Under the pieces are notes generated by a model. That model worked only from the letters and a program-made list of their open reading frames with translations, did no database searches and was not told the origin of the DNA. From Anthoceros angustus (lineage: Eukaryota > Plantae > Anthocerotophyta), in assembly GCA_010909165.1 (NCBI GenBank), contig VJWM01000025.1:310001-374000 (forward strand): a stretch of 64,000 nucleotides of DNA, read 5' to 3'. Made by a program: the position numbers and the translations under genes. Positions 11,021 through 24,133 of this stretch are shown here, in pieces; within the stretch, counting starts at the first letter, position 1; each line of letters begins with the position of its first letter.

Positions 11021-14000
11021 ATGCTCATGCCCACCATGGCTACTATGGCTATGGCGATGCAGAAGCAGAAGCAGAAGCAGCAGCCGAGGCAGCAGCAGAA
11101 GCAGAAACAGCAGCAGCAGCAGGCGGAGGCAGAGCAGTCGTGCTTCATGAGCCCACTGCCCTTGGAGCACTGCAAGGCGCAGCCGAGGTCGCGGCCGCCC
11201 ACACCCAGCGCTCAATTCCATGATCCCGACAGCGACATCACTCTTCTCCTCTCCGCCCCAGACGGCATCCACCATGCGCCACCTCCACCCACACTGCTCC
11301 CCCGGTACTTGCCCACTTCTATTGCTACACCTTTGCAATTCAACCTTCCGCTGCGGATCAACCCTCTTCACCGTGCTGACATGCCTCCTGCCTTCTCTCT
11401 CGGTGGTTGCAGGAGAGAACTGTTTCTCATCTGGTGAGGCAGCCCATCCAGCAACACCTCAACTACTCGCACCGTGCACATTTCCACCAAGCCACGCTGA
11501 TGCTTGCTTGCTGCAGGATCATTCATGCCAGCCAAGGATTCCAGACCACCATGCTCTTCCCCATGGTACACCAGCTCCAGACTTCTCTCAACAACCCTAT
11601 GTGTATAGTGCGTACATGGCAAGTACTACGCAGTAGTCTACTGTGCATTGTCACTCACTCCCATCGCTTGACGGTCCTTTGTGCTGTCCTATCCTACGCA
11701 GCTCGTGTTCATGGTGGACAGATATGGTGTAGCACCGAGAGGGAGCCAAAGTACAGGCAAATATGCTGGCCTACTGGTGACTTGATAACCCCTAGCTAGC
11801 TATTACAAGATGAAGAAGAAGAAGAAGCAATTTACTAGCCTCCTTGGCAACTGCCAAGGGGCCAACCTTTATTTACAGACTTGAGCTTACATACTTGTCG
11901 TGCACATGTGGCCTGGATGCAGGCGAGCTTGTTTCCTCTGGCGCAGTTCTGCACTTCAATCCTATGGGGAACCATATCGGACAGGACAGGGCGAAAGGTA
12001 CATCCACCTGTGAAGTTTAGGGTTTGCGCTCCCATCACACACTTGTACAGCATCACGACCGACACTCATTCCATGTGTGTTGCTTACACAGCCGCTTCTG
12101 GCATTGGGCAACACAGTGTCAGCAGCATCCGCATTCTTCCTGGGTCTGTGCAACACTTTCCCGGCAGCCTGCACCGTGCGCTTTGTGGGAGGTCTGCTCA
12201 ACGGAACCATGACCGTCACCAAGTCCGTCGTTGGCGAGCTCTGCGATGGGTGAGTAAAAGTAGGCGAGCCAAACTTTTCCACTGCCTCTGTGCTTGCTTC
12301 GAAGACCCGCCGATTGATTTGTCACTTTCGCCCTGGCCCCATGTGAACCTTGCGCAGAACCAACAAGGCCAAGGGTTTCGGAATCCTAAACCTGGCGTGG
12401 GGAGTGGGATCCGTGGCAGGTCCCGTCGTCTCAGGCCTTCTGGCACAACCTTGCACGCAGTATGGCTGGCAGCACTGCCCGCGCACGCTACAACAGTATC
12501 CATTCCTCTTGCCCTGCCTGGCTGCCACCTGTTTGTCCTTGGTGGCGCTCTGTGCTTCTCTGGCTGTCACGGAGACTCACCCCCGCTGCCGAGCCAAGTA
12601 CGAACCCATCAGCTTAGAGACGGCATCCGACTTGTCAGGCGATGCGTGTGAGGTGGCATCCTTGGAGGACGAGCTGGAGCATGAGGCTCTTCCGGTGAAG
12701 TCTGTGGACGCTGGAGATATCGAGTGCAACCAACATCATCCATGCGCTCTTGGCAATCTTGAAAATCAACACCCAGGGACACCAGCAGGTACAGCACAAC
12801 TTCTTTCACCTCTTCCACCATCTTCTCAGATGCAAAACTTTTATCCAGACGCTTGATTGGACACAACAACTTCCACGGTGCTTCCAGGACCTTTCAAGCT
12901 CATCATCCGCAGCAGGCCTGGAAGGGAGATGGAATTAGAACTGGTACCACCTACAGCCATGAAGATAGTTGCAGAGGCGACCGATGGGTGCCATGGACAG
13001 GAAGCTACTACGATGCACGCGGGTGATAGTAGTAACTTTGAGACAGCAGCAGCAGCGGTAGCAGCAAAGCTTGCCAGGAGCGGCGGCAGCAGCAGCAACG
13101 GATTGAGGCAGCGCTTCGGACGAATTGTTGCCAGCAAACTGCGTTTGCCCACCACCATCACCCCCCTTCTGCGGGACCGAGATGTCCTGCTCTCTTCTTT
13201 CTGTTACTCCATGACTGGCTTGATCTTCATCATCACAGGTAGCCGCTGGCAATTGGAGCTTCTTGACTGGTTGTTGTTGTTGACCTGTGAGGCTGTTGCA
13301 TTTTGCCTTGTGACATGCTCTACTCTAATTTCTTCCTTCCTCCACATGCGTGGAGCTCACCGCTGCACTGCACCGCACTGCCCTGCTTTCCTCTCCAGGA
13401 CAGAGGAAGAAAAATATAAAGCGGCTGACGTCTGTTTCGTTGTGTCAGATGAGCTGTTTCCCATCTTTGGAGCTGCTCCAGCATCCATTGGGGGTCTCGG
13501 ATTCAACTCCTCCTCTCTGGGCATAATCCTAGGCGTGGGTGGGGTTGTCCTGTTCCTGTACACGCTGTGCCTCTACCCTACTGTAGCTCGGCGGGTAGGT
13601 CCTCTGCGGGGATTCCGATACGGCATCCTGTGCTCAGCCCCTCTGTGGATACTCTTCCCAGCCACATCGCTCCTGCCTAGCATGCCAAGGCTCCAGTGGG
13701 CCTTCCTCATCCTGGCCATGGCAGCCCGGAGCGTGATTGCCTGCACCTGCTTCACCGGAGTCTTGATTCTGGTGAGCAACTCCGCATCACCCGCCAACAT
13801 GGGAGCTGTGACAGGCCTCAGTCACAGCTTCTGCAGCTTTTTCCGGGCCATAGGTCCTGCATGCGGCGGCATCCTGTGGTCTTTTGCGTCGCAGCAGACA
13901 TTTAGGTTCCACCAATTTTTAGCCTGGCAATTCGTCACTCTCCTCACTCTCCTCACCTACGCCCTCTCCTTCCTGCTGTCCCCGTCCTTGACCCAGCCCA

Positions 14001-14056
14001 AGGGTGAGGCCCCTGCCGCTCCTGCTTGCATGACAACATTATCTTCCAAACCCTAA
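11021..14056 (+). CDS. MFS transporter, ZIF1/ZIFL-like (multi-exon)
   Basis: Exonic peptides QGFQTTMLFPM, YAGLL-ASLFPLAQFCTSILWGTISDRTGRK (MFS motif A), RFVGGLLNG, WGVGSVAGPVVSGLL, DELFPIF...GGLGF, GAVTGLS...FRAIGPACGG. The stop at 12854 falls inside a predicted intron (12789-12887). Start codon uncertain. Confidence 0.85.
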
Positions 14057-14109
14057 GACAGAAAATTATGTCGATTCTTCCCCTCCTCCTCCTCCAATCC
14101 TAATATTAG

Positions 14110-14740
14110 TTGTGTCTTCTCTTATACCCTTGGCTTCCAATCTCGGCTCTTGTCTCCGCTACTTCTCTCGGCTCCTTCCCTCGGCTCCTTTTCTCGGCTC
14201 CTTTTCTCCGCTCTTGTCTCCGCTTCTTCTCTCGGCTCCTTTTCTCGGCTCTTTCCCTCGGCTCCTTCTCTCGGCTCCTTTTCTCGGCTCCTTCTCTCGG
14301 CTCTTTCCCTCGGCTCCTTCTCTCGGCTCTTTCCCTCAGCTCCTTCTCTCGGCTCTTTCCCTCGGCTCCTTCTCTCGGCTCCTTTTCTCGTCTCTTGTCT
14401 CCGCTTCTTCTCTCGGCTCTTGTCTCCGCTTCTTCTCTCGGCTCTTCTCTCGGCTCTTTCCCTCGGCTCCTTCTCTCGGCTCCTTCTCTCTGCTCCTTTT
14501 CTCGGCTCCTTCCCTCTGCTCCTTCTCTCGGCTCTTCTCTCGGCTCTTTCCCTCGGCTCCTTCTCTCGGCTCCTTCTCTCGGCTCTTGTCTCCGCTTCTT
14601 CTCTCGGCTCCTTCTCTCGGCTCTTCTCTCGGCTCCTTTCCTCGGCTTCTTCTTCTCTCGGCTTCTGTCGGCTCGGCTCGGCTCGGCTCTTCTCTCGGCT
14701 TCTTCTGTCGGCTCGGCTCGGCTCGGCTCTTCTGTCGGCT
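14110..14740. repeat. Degenerate polypyrimidine/polypurine minisatellite built on CTCGGCTC(C/T)TTCT (about 12-13 nt units)
   Basis: About 630 bp with almost no A on the + strand and dozens of ctcggctc cores. Confidence 0.95.
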
Positions 14741-15356
14741 TCAATTGATTGCCGGCTCCGGCTCCGGCTCCCGCTGTTTTTCCGAAGGAGAAGGAGAAAA
14801 CTCTGGGAAATCCGGCCGCCGTCCCAGAACGATGGACGCAGCCCGGATGAGGATGGCCGCCGTGAGGCCCCAGATCTCGAAGTCCCGGCCAGCCGTGCGA
14901 TAATGAAAATGGTGCACCACGTACGGCATGTTGAGCCACACGACCTGCGAGCTGCGGTGATTCCGATCCGCCAAAAACATATCCAGCGGCGCATCGAAGA
15001 TGTCGGCCACCTCCGCCTCGTTCAAGAGCGGCCGAAACGCGTCCCGGTCCGGCAAGAGCGCCACCACGGGGGTCACGGTGAGCAAGTGCTTGGACAGGAA
15101 GGTTTCAAGCTTGGCCACAACATGCACGCTGGAAGGCGGTAATCCGATCTCCTCCTGCGCCTCCCTCAGCGCCGTGGCCTTGAGGTCCACATCTCCCTCG
15201 TCCATCTTCCCTCCCGGCAGAGCCACTTCTCCTGGATGGCTCGACAGCCTGTCGGAACGTTTGGTGAGAATGACGCGCAGCCTGTTCTCCTCGTCCTGGA
15301 ACAGGCAGATGAGCACGGCCGCCACCTTCTTGCGCCGAATGTGGGCCGCCTGGTCG

Positions 15357-15389
<33 letters not shown>

Positions 15390-15820
15390 TCCGAGCCCGT
15401 GACAGGTCCCACTACAGCTTCCGGCCCGCCCACGCCAGACGCCACGCTCCCGCAGCCATCTTCGTCCCTCCAGCTGAATCCGGGAGTGCCGGGAGCGTGG
15501 TATCCGCGCAGCCTCTCCGCCAGCGCTGACAGGGCCGAATTCAAACCCTTGGTGTCGTCCACGGCCATGCCAATGCCAATGCCAATGCCCATGCCCATGC
15601 CCGCTCCTGCTCCTGCTCCTGCCTCTGGCCGCATTGATCGCGCTGGGATGGGATTATTACTGCGCGTCAAGCCCGCCACTGCGATTGCGCGGGCTGCCCG
15701 CAAAACACCCATATCGCAATGCCCATTTACCCTTCCGTGCACATGCATACTACCACGTCCAGCATTAGGAGCTACCATGAGGCGGGCATGCATGCTACCA
15801 CATACAGGAGTCATCATCAT
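14741..15820 (-). CDS. Nudix hydrolase, CoA diphosphatase type (NUDT15/22-like), intronless, with N-terminal extension
   Basis: AAVLICLF, LTKRSDRLSSHPGEVALPGG (NuCoA motif), TALREAQEEIGL (Nudix box), IWGLTAAILI. Confidence 0.9.
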
Positions 15821-15927
15821 TTTCCGCACTCTCTTACCTAAACCAAAATATTTAAAAAAATATTTAAGGAGGGAAGAAAAAATCAAAGGTCCAAAGAATA
15901 GAAAGAAAGTATTATGCATGCAAGCAA

Positions 15928-16055
15928 GCAAGCAAAGCTACATATATAGTGGCGAGAAGAGATGCACAAACAATAACATTTTAATTCTACCTCGCAAGCA
16001 AAGCTACATATATAGTGGCGAGAGGAGATGCACAAACATAGTATTTTAATTCTAC
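15928..16055. repeat. 66-bp tandem duplication upstream of the Nudix gene
   Basis: gcaagcaaagctacatatatagtggcgaga...ttttaattctac occurs at 15928 and 15994. Confidence 0.85.
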
Positions 16056-17198
16056 ATCGAGATAGATGCTTTTTCTAGAAGCTTCTTTGAACACGTTTCA
16101 CATATCGTGATTTCCTTTTCTAGATGTTTCTTTGAGCGGAGCACGTTTCACATATAGTATTTACTTGTTCTTATATTTGAGCGTTTTTAGAAGCTGATTT
16201 GTCACGGATTTATATTTATATTTATATTATATTTATGTATATATATTTATGCTTTGAATAATTTATATGTTGCTTCGATAACACACCGTCCCGCTTCACA
16301 TACATTGACATATCCAGAAGTGAATCACATTTCTCCTTACTACCAACACCATATTTTCATCCATTATCACAAACACAAACCTCCAAATACTCTTTTTTAC
16401 TTTCCATCTCCAAGTAAATGCACTCCACAAGTTTGCATAAAAGTGGTTTGAATGTGTGCACACATGGTTATATGTGCATTAATGACAGCCGGAAATGAGG
16501 TTTTGAACGGGACCACATGGACAAGGAAAGCAGATCTAAGGCATCAGCGAATGTGAATGTTAGCCGTGACCTTATCTTTTTTATGCAAAAAAACTTGCAA
16601 AAGACAGAGAATATTTAAGAAGCTTACAAATGTTCAGACCAAATTTTGGTGGGGAGGCTCATTTTAGTAGGATAAGTCTTTTTACGTGGATGATGTTCAT
16701 ATTTTTCCTTTGAAATCAAGTTCCTATACTTCATTATATATATTTCCTTCTCAAGAGTACTCTACTTGAAACTTTATATTATGCGTGAGACCACATAGTG
16801 AATCGTAATCTTTGTTCCCTCTTACGTACGTTCCTAGTTTAGAGCATAATTCAAAGCTATAAGGTTAATCATATAAATATGCTTTATTAGTTACTTTCCT
16901 AGTTAAAAATATAAAATAAATTAAAATTTATAAGGCTAATCATATAAATATGCCTCATCAGTTACTTTCCTAGTTTAGAATATAACTTAAATTTAAAAAT
17001 ATATATTTGACTAATCAGTATAAATATGCCTATGTAGTTGCTTGTGAACAACATGTTCCAGCTTGGAGCACTTTTCCCCAAGCACCAGTTTTTTATTTCT
17101 CTAGTGTCATTGGTAATATTTTTTCGTTGTCTTGCAATTCATAGTTAATGTGGAAGGATTAGTGTACACATCTTTGGGTCCATTAAATTTCTAAAACC

Positions 17199-19121
17199 AT
17201 GATGAAGAGCCTCACTAACAACTCATTGAACCCTTTGTCCGTTGTTTTGATCTGTATGATTTTGGGTTTGGGTGCTTTGTGGAATACAAACGTCCATGCA
17301 AGTGGTTTGAGGAATAGAAAGTCTCTTTATCCTGCAACTTTTGTCTCCAACAATTCCACATCTTTAATCTCCAACAATTCTACCGGGAAAGGTTTTGACT
17401 TTAGTATACCAAAAGCCAATACCTCTTTACAAGCTCTTTTTGTCTTTGGAGATTCGACTGCAGATGTGGGAAATAATGCACACTTATTCGGGGCACTTGC
17501 TAATGCTAATCACTCACCATATGGAAGAGACTTTGACACTCACGTACCAACTGGAAGGTTTTCCAATGGCAGGTTAAGTATAGATTATATAGGTACGTAT
17601 ATGTGGGTTGACACACGTGTGTCATACTTTTGAATACTTAAAATATGTAGCGATAAGTTGAAGAAGTCTATTTATCTACAATGTTTGGTAGAGTGAATAT
17701 GTGAAGTTGACGTAATTTGATATTTCTAAAATCATATTGAATGTTATGTTTTAGCGGAGGGTATGGGTCTTCCCTTTCCAGGCCCTTTCTTAGAGCTGAC
17801 CAATAGCACCAATTACACAAAAGGAGTAAATTTTGCATCTTCTGGGGCGGGAATTTTGCAATCTAGTGGAAGCGATTTGGTATAATGTTATTACATATTT
17901 TAACTTGTGCATACTTATCATATATTGCTAACATCCATTCATAAGAATCATGAGCAGAGAACTAGGATTGTATTAAGGATTTAATTTCATTTACTAAAAA
18001 ATTCTGATTAATCTATTTTTGTTTTTGTTTTTCACTTTTTGTTTTACAGGGATCTAGAATTCAATTAAGGATACAAATTCAAGATTTTCTCTTAGTAAAA
18101 AGCCGTTTGTCTACCCTTCTTGGTCCACAAGCCACAAACGACTTGATCGATAATTCATTATTTTATTTCTCTATAGGAAATAATGATTTTTTGCATAACT
18201 ATCTACCTAAATATTTTACTCATTCACAAAGCACAAATATCACTACTCTTGCAAACATCACCAATCCTATAAATATCACCAATACTGCTTCGGCAAATAT
18301 CACTACTCCACTACAAAACACAAATGTCAATCTTCAACCAATCAAAGATTTTAGTACTCTACTGGTCACTGAATTCAGCCAGCAAATTGAGGTAAACTCT
18401 GAAATATTGATTTTCTTGGTTTATATTTTAGTAATAAATCAGTATTATATTAATTATCTTAATTTTTAGATAATGTGCTAATCACGCTCCCTTCATATTT
18501 AGGTACTTATTGAGGCTGGAGCTAAAAAAATTATTATCATAGGCATTGGTCCTCTTGGGTGTACTCCTGTGGCTCTATGGCAAGGCAACAGCACCGACGG
18601 CTCGTGCATCACTAGAATCAACAATCTTGTAGAGCAGTATAATGGTGACTTGGTTGATAAGATTGTAGAAATGAACGCAAAGTTCAACCCCATGAATGTG
18701 AATCTAATAGTAGCTAGTGTCTTTGACATTTTAAAAGAGATCGTTTCATCTCCTCTTAAAACTGGTATCTTATACTATATTTCTAACTTTATCTCTTCAG
18801 AGCAATGGTTTTGCTTTATTTTTTAGATTTGCTTTATCAATAACTCATGTTATGTATTTAAAAATGGGTTCTCATGTCTGTGTTTGTACAGGATTCGAAT
18901 TTGGAAACGAAGCATGTTGCGGCTGGGGACCATATAGAGGTGCAATGTTATGTGTATTGAATTTGGAGGTTTGTACGGATGCCTCCATCTTTGTTTGGTG
19001 GGACCAGTATCACCCGACACACACAGCAAATGGTGTAATTACCTCACGCCTCTGGACAGGAGATAATGATGTTATATTACCTATGAATATCAAACAACTA
19101 TTAGAGTTGGCCCAATCCTAG
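17199..19121 (+). CDS. GDSL esterase/lipase (5 exons: ~17199-17592, 17755-17879, 18050-18391, 18503-18764, 18892-19121)
   Basis: Hydrophobic N-terminus; block I FVFGDSTADVGNN, PTGRFSNG, block II GVNFASSGAG, block III IGNNDF, GPLGCTP, block V WDQYHPT. Confidence 0.92.
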
Positions 19122-19854
19122 AATGGACACCCATCATTATTTTAGAGTTATTTAATGATTTATTTAGAATATCTCTACTAGGAATGCGACATCAAACTAG
19201 ATAGTCACACACCAACTGAAAGTTAATACCAATTATTTCCGCTATGTATATGTCAATTTGAAGTTTTTTTTAGTATCTCCTTGAGAATATTAACATTCGA
19301 ATAACAAAAAAATACATCTTGATATGAAGAGTACTGTATAGCATTTTGTGAGTAATGACTAATAAGCCTATTGATATTTACTAATAGGCTCTTATTGATG
19401 TCTCTTCTTGCAAAGATCTAAGCACACAAGATATCCCCGAACATTCTCTTGTAAGATAACTCGGTAAACAAGCAAACAAATTAAACACTAGTATACAAAC
19501 ATAGAGTCCACAGACAAGTGAAGACTTGCAGAAAAGGGAAGTCTCATCTATTCTAGGGCGATGAGGAATAACCCTCTAAAAGATCCACGCCATGGAGGAC
19601 TACCCCTCGTGGCAGTCTACCCTGAAATCACATACTACTCCTAAGATGTCAAAGTCGGGAATAAGGAAGTACCTACTTACCACCGGGGTTGAAGATGCTG
19701 CATCCCAGCATTCAATGTCATGAATATTGTGTTGGCTAACACCCTTTGCAGAATGATGAAATCTCGTTGCCGAAAGAATAACACCACGCAAGATAGAGGG
19801 AGTCATACCCCTTTCTTTACGGATGTGATATGCTTTAGTTATACAAAAACGAGT

Positions 19855-20022
19855 TTTTTATTGAGATGAAAAAAAGATGAAAAAAGCCCATCCAGGGAGG
19901 GACAACCAAAGGGGACCGGAGGTCGAATTGGAGAGGAGCAAATGAGCTCCCTACCTAAAGTCACCTACTGCACCCACAATGTCATATGCGGGAAGAATAA
20001 ACGGCCTGCAAACCACGGAAGT
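19855..20022 (-). mobile_element. 3'-terminal fragment of the CRE-like non-LTR retroelement
   Basis: Matches 39525-39690 (gagctccctacctaaagt.acc.actgcacccacaatgtcatatg...aataaacggcctgcaaaccacgga) and ends CTCAATAAAAAA on the - strand. Confidence 0.75.
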
Positions 20023-20320
20023 AGTCTTTAGCTATACAAACACGTCTAGTGTCTTTTGGAGAGAAGTCGATAATCGCTTACCTACTCAAGAAATGCACGT
20101 GTATTGAGTAGGTACAAATTACCAGCAAAGTTGCAGCCGAGTTTCATCGGGTGCAACACGGCAACGAAAGATGGTCTGCCATTCTTTCTTAGCCATACAT
20201 GTGTTATGTAGGCTATGTTTGTGTGTGAAGGAAGGGAAGCCAGCATGTGAATTTTTGCACACGAGTCCAACGATTTAGGGGATAAGGAGCAATTTTCCCC
20301 AACAGCTGGTGGGAGAGGAG

Positions 20321-23261
20321 ATGGAGATGGCGCGGGCGGCGTGCGCTGTGCACATCCTGTCCTTTCCCACGCTGCGCTGCCTAGTCGGTCCCGTCAGGTA
20401 TGTGTCAATGCAGTCTTGTCTTGCAAGCAAATGCGAATGAATCGTTGGCATTCCGCACACCAACCATGGTGCTCGTCCATGTCCTCGTCGGCAGGCAGCT
20501 TTGCTTGGAACCCAGGATCTCATCAGGCCTGCGAGCTCGCGGGAGGCCTCACGTATTACAGGCCCTGCTGGCATCCAGAGCCAGCTCCCTGCACTCCACT
20601 TCCGCCCAATTGGCGTCTCCCCGTGTGGCTCTCCTCCGCCTTGCTGCTGGCCCCAGAACAGGTGCGCCCGCTGCTTGCAAATCCTGCATCGCCTCACTGG
20701 CAGCCGGTGCAGAGACGGTGGACAAAGCCGAGTCGGAGCCGGAGGTGCAGGCAGTCTTGGATCAAGATGAGGCTCCAGCGCGGCCCATCGTTTTGCCCAC
20801 CAATGACTCTTCTCCCAATCTTCTCCGGATTCGGCATACGGTGAGGCTGCTGCCGCCAGCTCCAGTCCAGTGTGAGGAGGAGATGTTTTTTTTTTTATTT
20901 CCTTCCCGTGTCCGGCTCTCCTGTTGCAGTGTGCCCATGTCATGGCTATGGCAGTACAAAAGCTGTACCCCGGAGCGCAAGTCACAATTGGGCCATGGAT
21001 AGAGAAGGGCTTCTTCTACGATTTTGATGTCAAAGAACCGTTCACGGATAAGGACCTGAAGAAAATCAAGAAGGAGATGGTATGTCTGTCACCCGTGCCG
21101 TTGTGTACCCTGCTTGTCAAATGGGTTTCTTCCTCGAGCTCAAGTGCTCTGCACTGCAGGATCGCATCATAAGTCGGAACTTCCCACTTCGGAGGGAAGA
21201 AGTTTCTAGGGAGGAGGCTGTCCGCCGCATCACCGAGATCAAAGAGCCCTACAAGCTTGAGATTCTCAGCAGCATAAAAACCGAGCCTATCACTATCTAC
21301 CATATAGGTAGGTAACATAAGGGCCGGCGATCTGTCCTTTGTTGCTGTTTTCTCTCTCAACAGTCTATTTCAGAACTGCTGTCCAGGTGAAGCCTTTGGA
21401 GGGGTATATGCAAATCCATTGAACGTGTGAATGGAGGGTGGTTTGTGGTAGCTAGGTGATGAATGGTGGGATCTTTGTGCCGGACCGCATGTGGAGAGAA
21501 CTGGACTTTTGAACAAGAAGGCCATTGAACTTGAGTCTGTGGCCGGTGCTTATTGGAGGGGGGATGAGAAGAATCAGATGCTTCAACGAATATATGGAAC
21601 AGCATGGGAAACAGCAGAACAGCTGGAGGCCTATCTGGCGCAGAAAGAGGAAGCTAAGAGGCGCGATCATCGCCGACTGGGTCAGGATCTGGATCTTTTC
21701 TCTATTCAGGTATGAGTTGGTAGCCACTTAACACCAAAGTTCTGAGAGGATGCACTTTCTGATGTCAAAGGCAAGGAATCTGTAAGTCTTTTGCACGGTG
21801 GCTTGATCTTGTTCTGGTTTTCTAGGAAGATGCAGGGGGTGGCTTGGTGTTCTGGCATCCAAAGGGTGCAATGGTTCGGCACTTGATTGAGGAGTACTGG
21901 AAAAAGATTCATCTGAAGAGGGGGTATCAACTCCTCTACACTCCGCATGTGGCAAAACTTGATCTCTGGAAGACGAGTGGTCATCTTGACTTTTACAAGG
22001 AAAACATGTTTGATCAGATGGAGATTGAAGATGAGTTGTATCAGCTCAAGCCAATGAACTGCCCTTGCCATATCCAGATTTACAAGGACGCATTACGCTC
22101 GTACAGGGAGCTGCCTGTTAGAGTTGCAGAACTGGGCACTGTTTACCGATATGAGAGGTCAGGAACCTTGCAAGGCCTCTTTCGAGTTAGAGGCTTCACT
22201 CAAGTATGTTCTTTTTGTTCTGTTTGTCATCCGACGCATGACTTTTTGGTGCATGATCAACCTCAGGTGTCGCTTGCTAGTGTTGCTCTTGTCATGCAGG
22301 TCTTCCCTTTGAGAAAGAGTGACGGTTCGAAACAAATGGGTGTGTGATGTGACATGTTTGCAGGATGATGCCCACATCTTCTGTCTCCCTCATCAAATAA
22401 AGGATGAAATTCGAGGTGTGCTGGATCTCACAGAGGAAGTTCTGTCACAATTCGGTTTTAAGCGGTATGAGGTGAACCTTTCCACAAAGCCTGAAAAAGC
22501 AGTTGGGAGCGATGCGATATGGGAAGCAGCCACAAGTGCGTTGCGCGAGGCGCTCGAAGACAAAGGCTGGGAGTACTCGATTGATGAAGGTGGTGGGGCA
22601 TTTTATGGTCCTAAAATTGATCTCAAGATAGAGGACGCCATTGGCCGCAGATGGCAGTGCTCGACTGTGCAGGTGATTTTTCAAATGGTGGTTTGGTTGG
22701 TTGGATGGTTGGCTGGGCCATATCGCTATTGTGGTGTTGTGCATTACTGAGCTTTGCTGGATGACACCACGCTGTCTGTCTGCTATTTGCTCACGACAGG
22801 TGGATTTCAATCTTCCGCAACGGTTTAATCTGGTGTATGTGACAAGGGACACTGAACGGAAGCAGCCGATCATGATACACAGGGCCATCCTGGGCTCCGT
22901 GGAGCGGTTTTTCGGCATTCTGGTTGAGAACTATGCCGGTGACTTTCCTCTGTGGATAGCCCCCGTCCAAGTTCGGCTCGTGCCGGTCACGGACAACGAG
23001 CTTGAGTACTGCCAACAGGTGGTGGTGCAGCTGCGGGAGAAGGACATCAGAGCAGAAGTGTCCCACGGAGAGAGGCTGGCCAAATTGATTCGCAACGCCG
23101 AGTTGCAAAAGATTCCCATGATGGCAGTTGTGGGGCCTAAGGAAGCCAATACGAACACGCTCACAGTGCGCACCCGGCATGGTGGAGACTTGGGCACCCT
23201 CTCCTTGGATGAAGTTGTGCACAAGATCCAGACCACTGTCTCGTCCAGAGGATTGTTGTGA
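20321..23261 (+). CDS. Threonyl-tRNA synthetase, organellar (plastid/mitochondrial), multi-exon
   Basis: [94 protein letters not shown], anticodon-binding domain; N-terminal targeting-like peptide. Confidence 0.95.
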
Positions 23262-23562
23262 GCTTATTGCACCACAGCATAGCATCCCATTTCATGGCAC
23301 AGCGGAACAGAATTTGCTTTGCTTTGCAGCGCAGCCTTATGCCATTCTCGCCTCTGTTATCTTGGGGTCCCTTGTATGATTGACAATGAGCAAGGCGCTC
23401 TTGGTTGCTCCGTGCTGGCTCTCCTGTCCTGGCTTATGCACCTAACAAGGGCATGCATGGCTTGTACGTACACCTTGGGCCCAAGGAAACAACAACATTT
23501 TTTTCCATTCAGTAGTTGTCAATCACGACGATCCAGCAGAGCTGAAACAGCAGAGCGAAGTT

Positions 23563-23602
23563 GGCCATCAGGATCCGGCCACCCTCGGGGATCCTGATGG
23601 CC
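23563..23602. other. Perfect 14-bp inverted repeat with a 12-nt loop
   Basis: ggccatcaggatcc-N12-ggatcctgatggcc. Confidence 0.9.
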
Positions 23603-24133
23603 CAAAAACTTCGTGAATCACATACGACATCCATCAAGATGTATTGGCCTCACCACCTCATCTTTTGGCATGAGAGGGCAAACGATGGTAGAACAAAAGG
23701 TTATTATTGCGAATTCGCCTCGGGGCACCTTTTCGGCCCGATAGCAGCTTCGAGATGGCACACCTTTGTGTCAAAAGCGGTGCAGCCAACGCGGTATGAA
23801 TGGGTGGGGGCACCCCACCGTCTTGCCCATTTCCCACGTGGTCACTCACGGCATCTGTGAGCTGCTGTCGGGCACAAGAATGTAACTTCACTACTGTTCA
23901 CCAGGACCTGCAGCAGCACAGCAAGAGCAGGAGGTGAGGCAAAAGTTTTTCTGCAATGGCCAAACCAGCAGCAAAAGTCCATGGCACAAAGATTTCACAG
24001 CCTGCTCACCTGACCTGCGTCGTGGATATTGAGAAGTACGAGCTCGGCAGGTTTGTTATGTCAGAGGCTATGGTGGTTATTCAATGAATTTGACTTGAGA
24101 CAAGCTAGGGGTCCCTGTGCGGCGTGCGATGTG

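Noticed and set aside
12854-12856. Apparent premature stop in the MFS gene
   Set aside because: It lies within a 99-nt GT-AG intron (12789-12887) whose removal keeps the frame.
14106-15142. Five long overlapping ORFs of 212-330 aa
   Set aside because: They are open only because the C/T-rich repeat lacks stop codons; no independent gene evidence.
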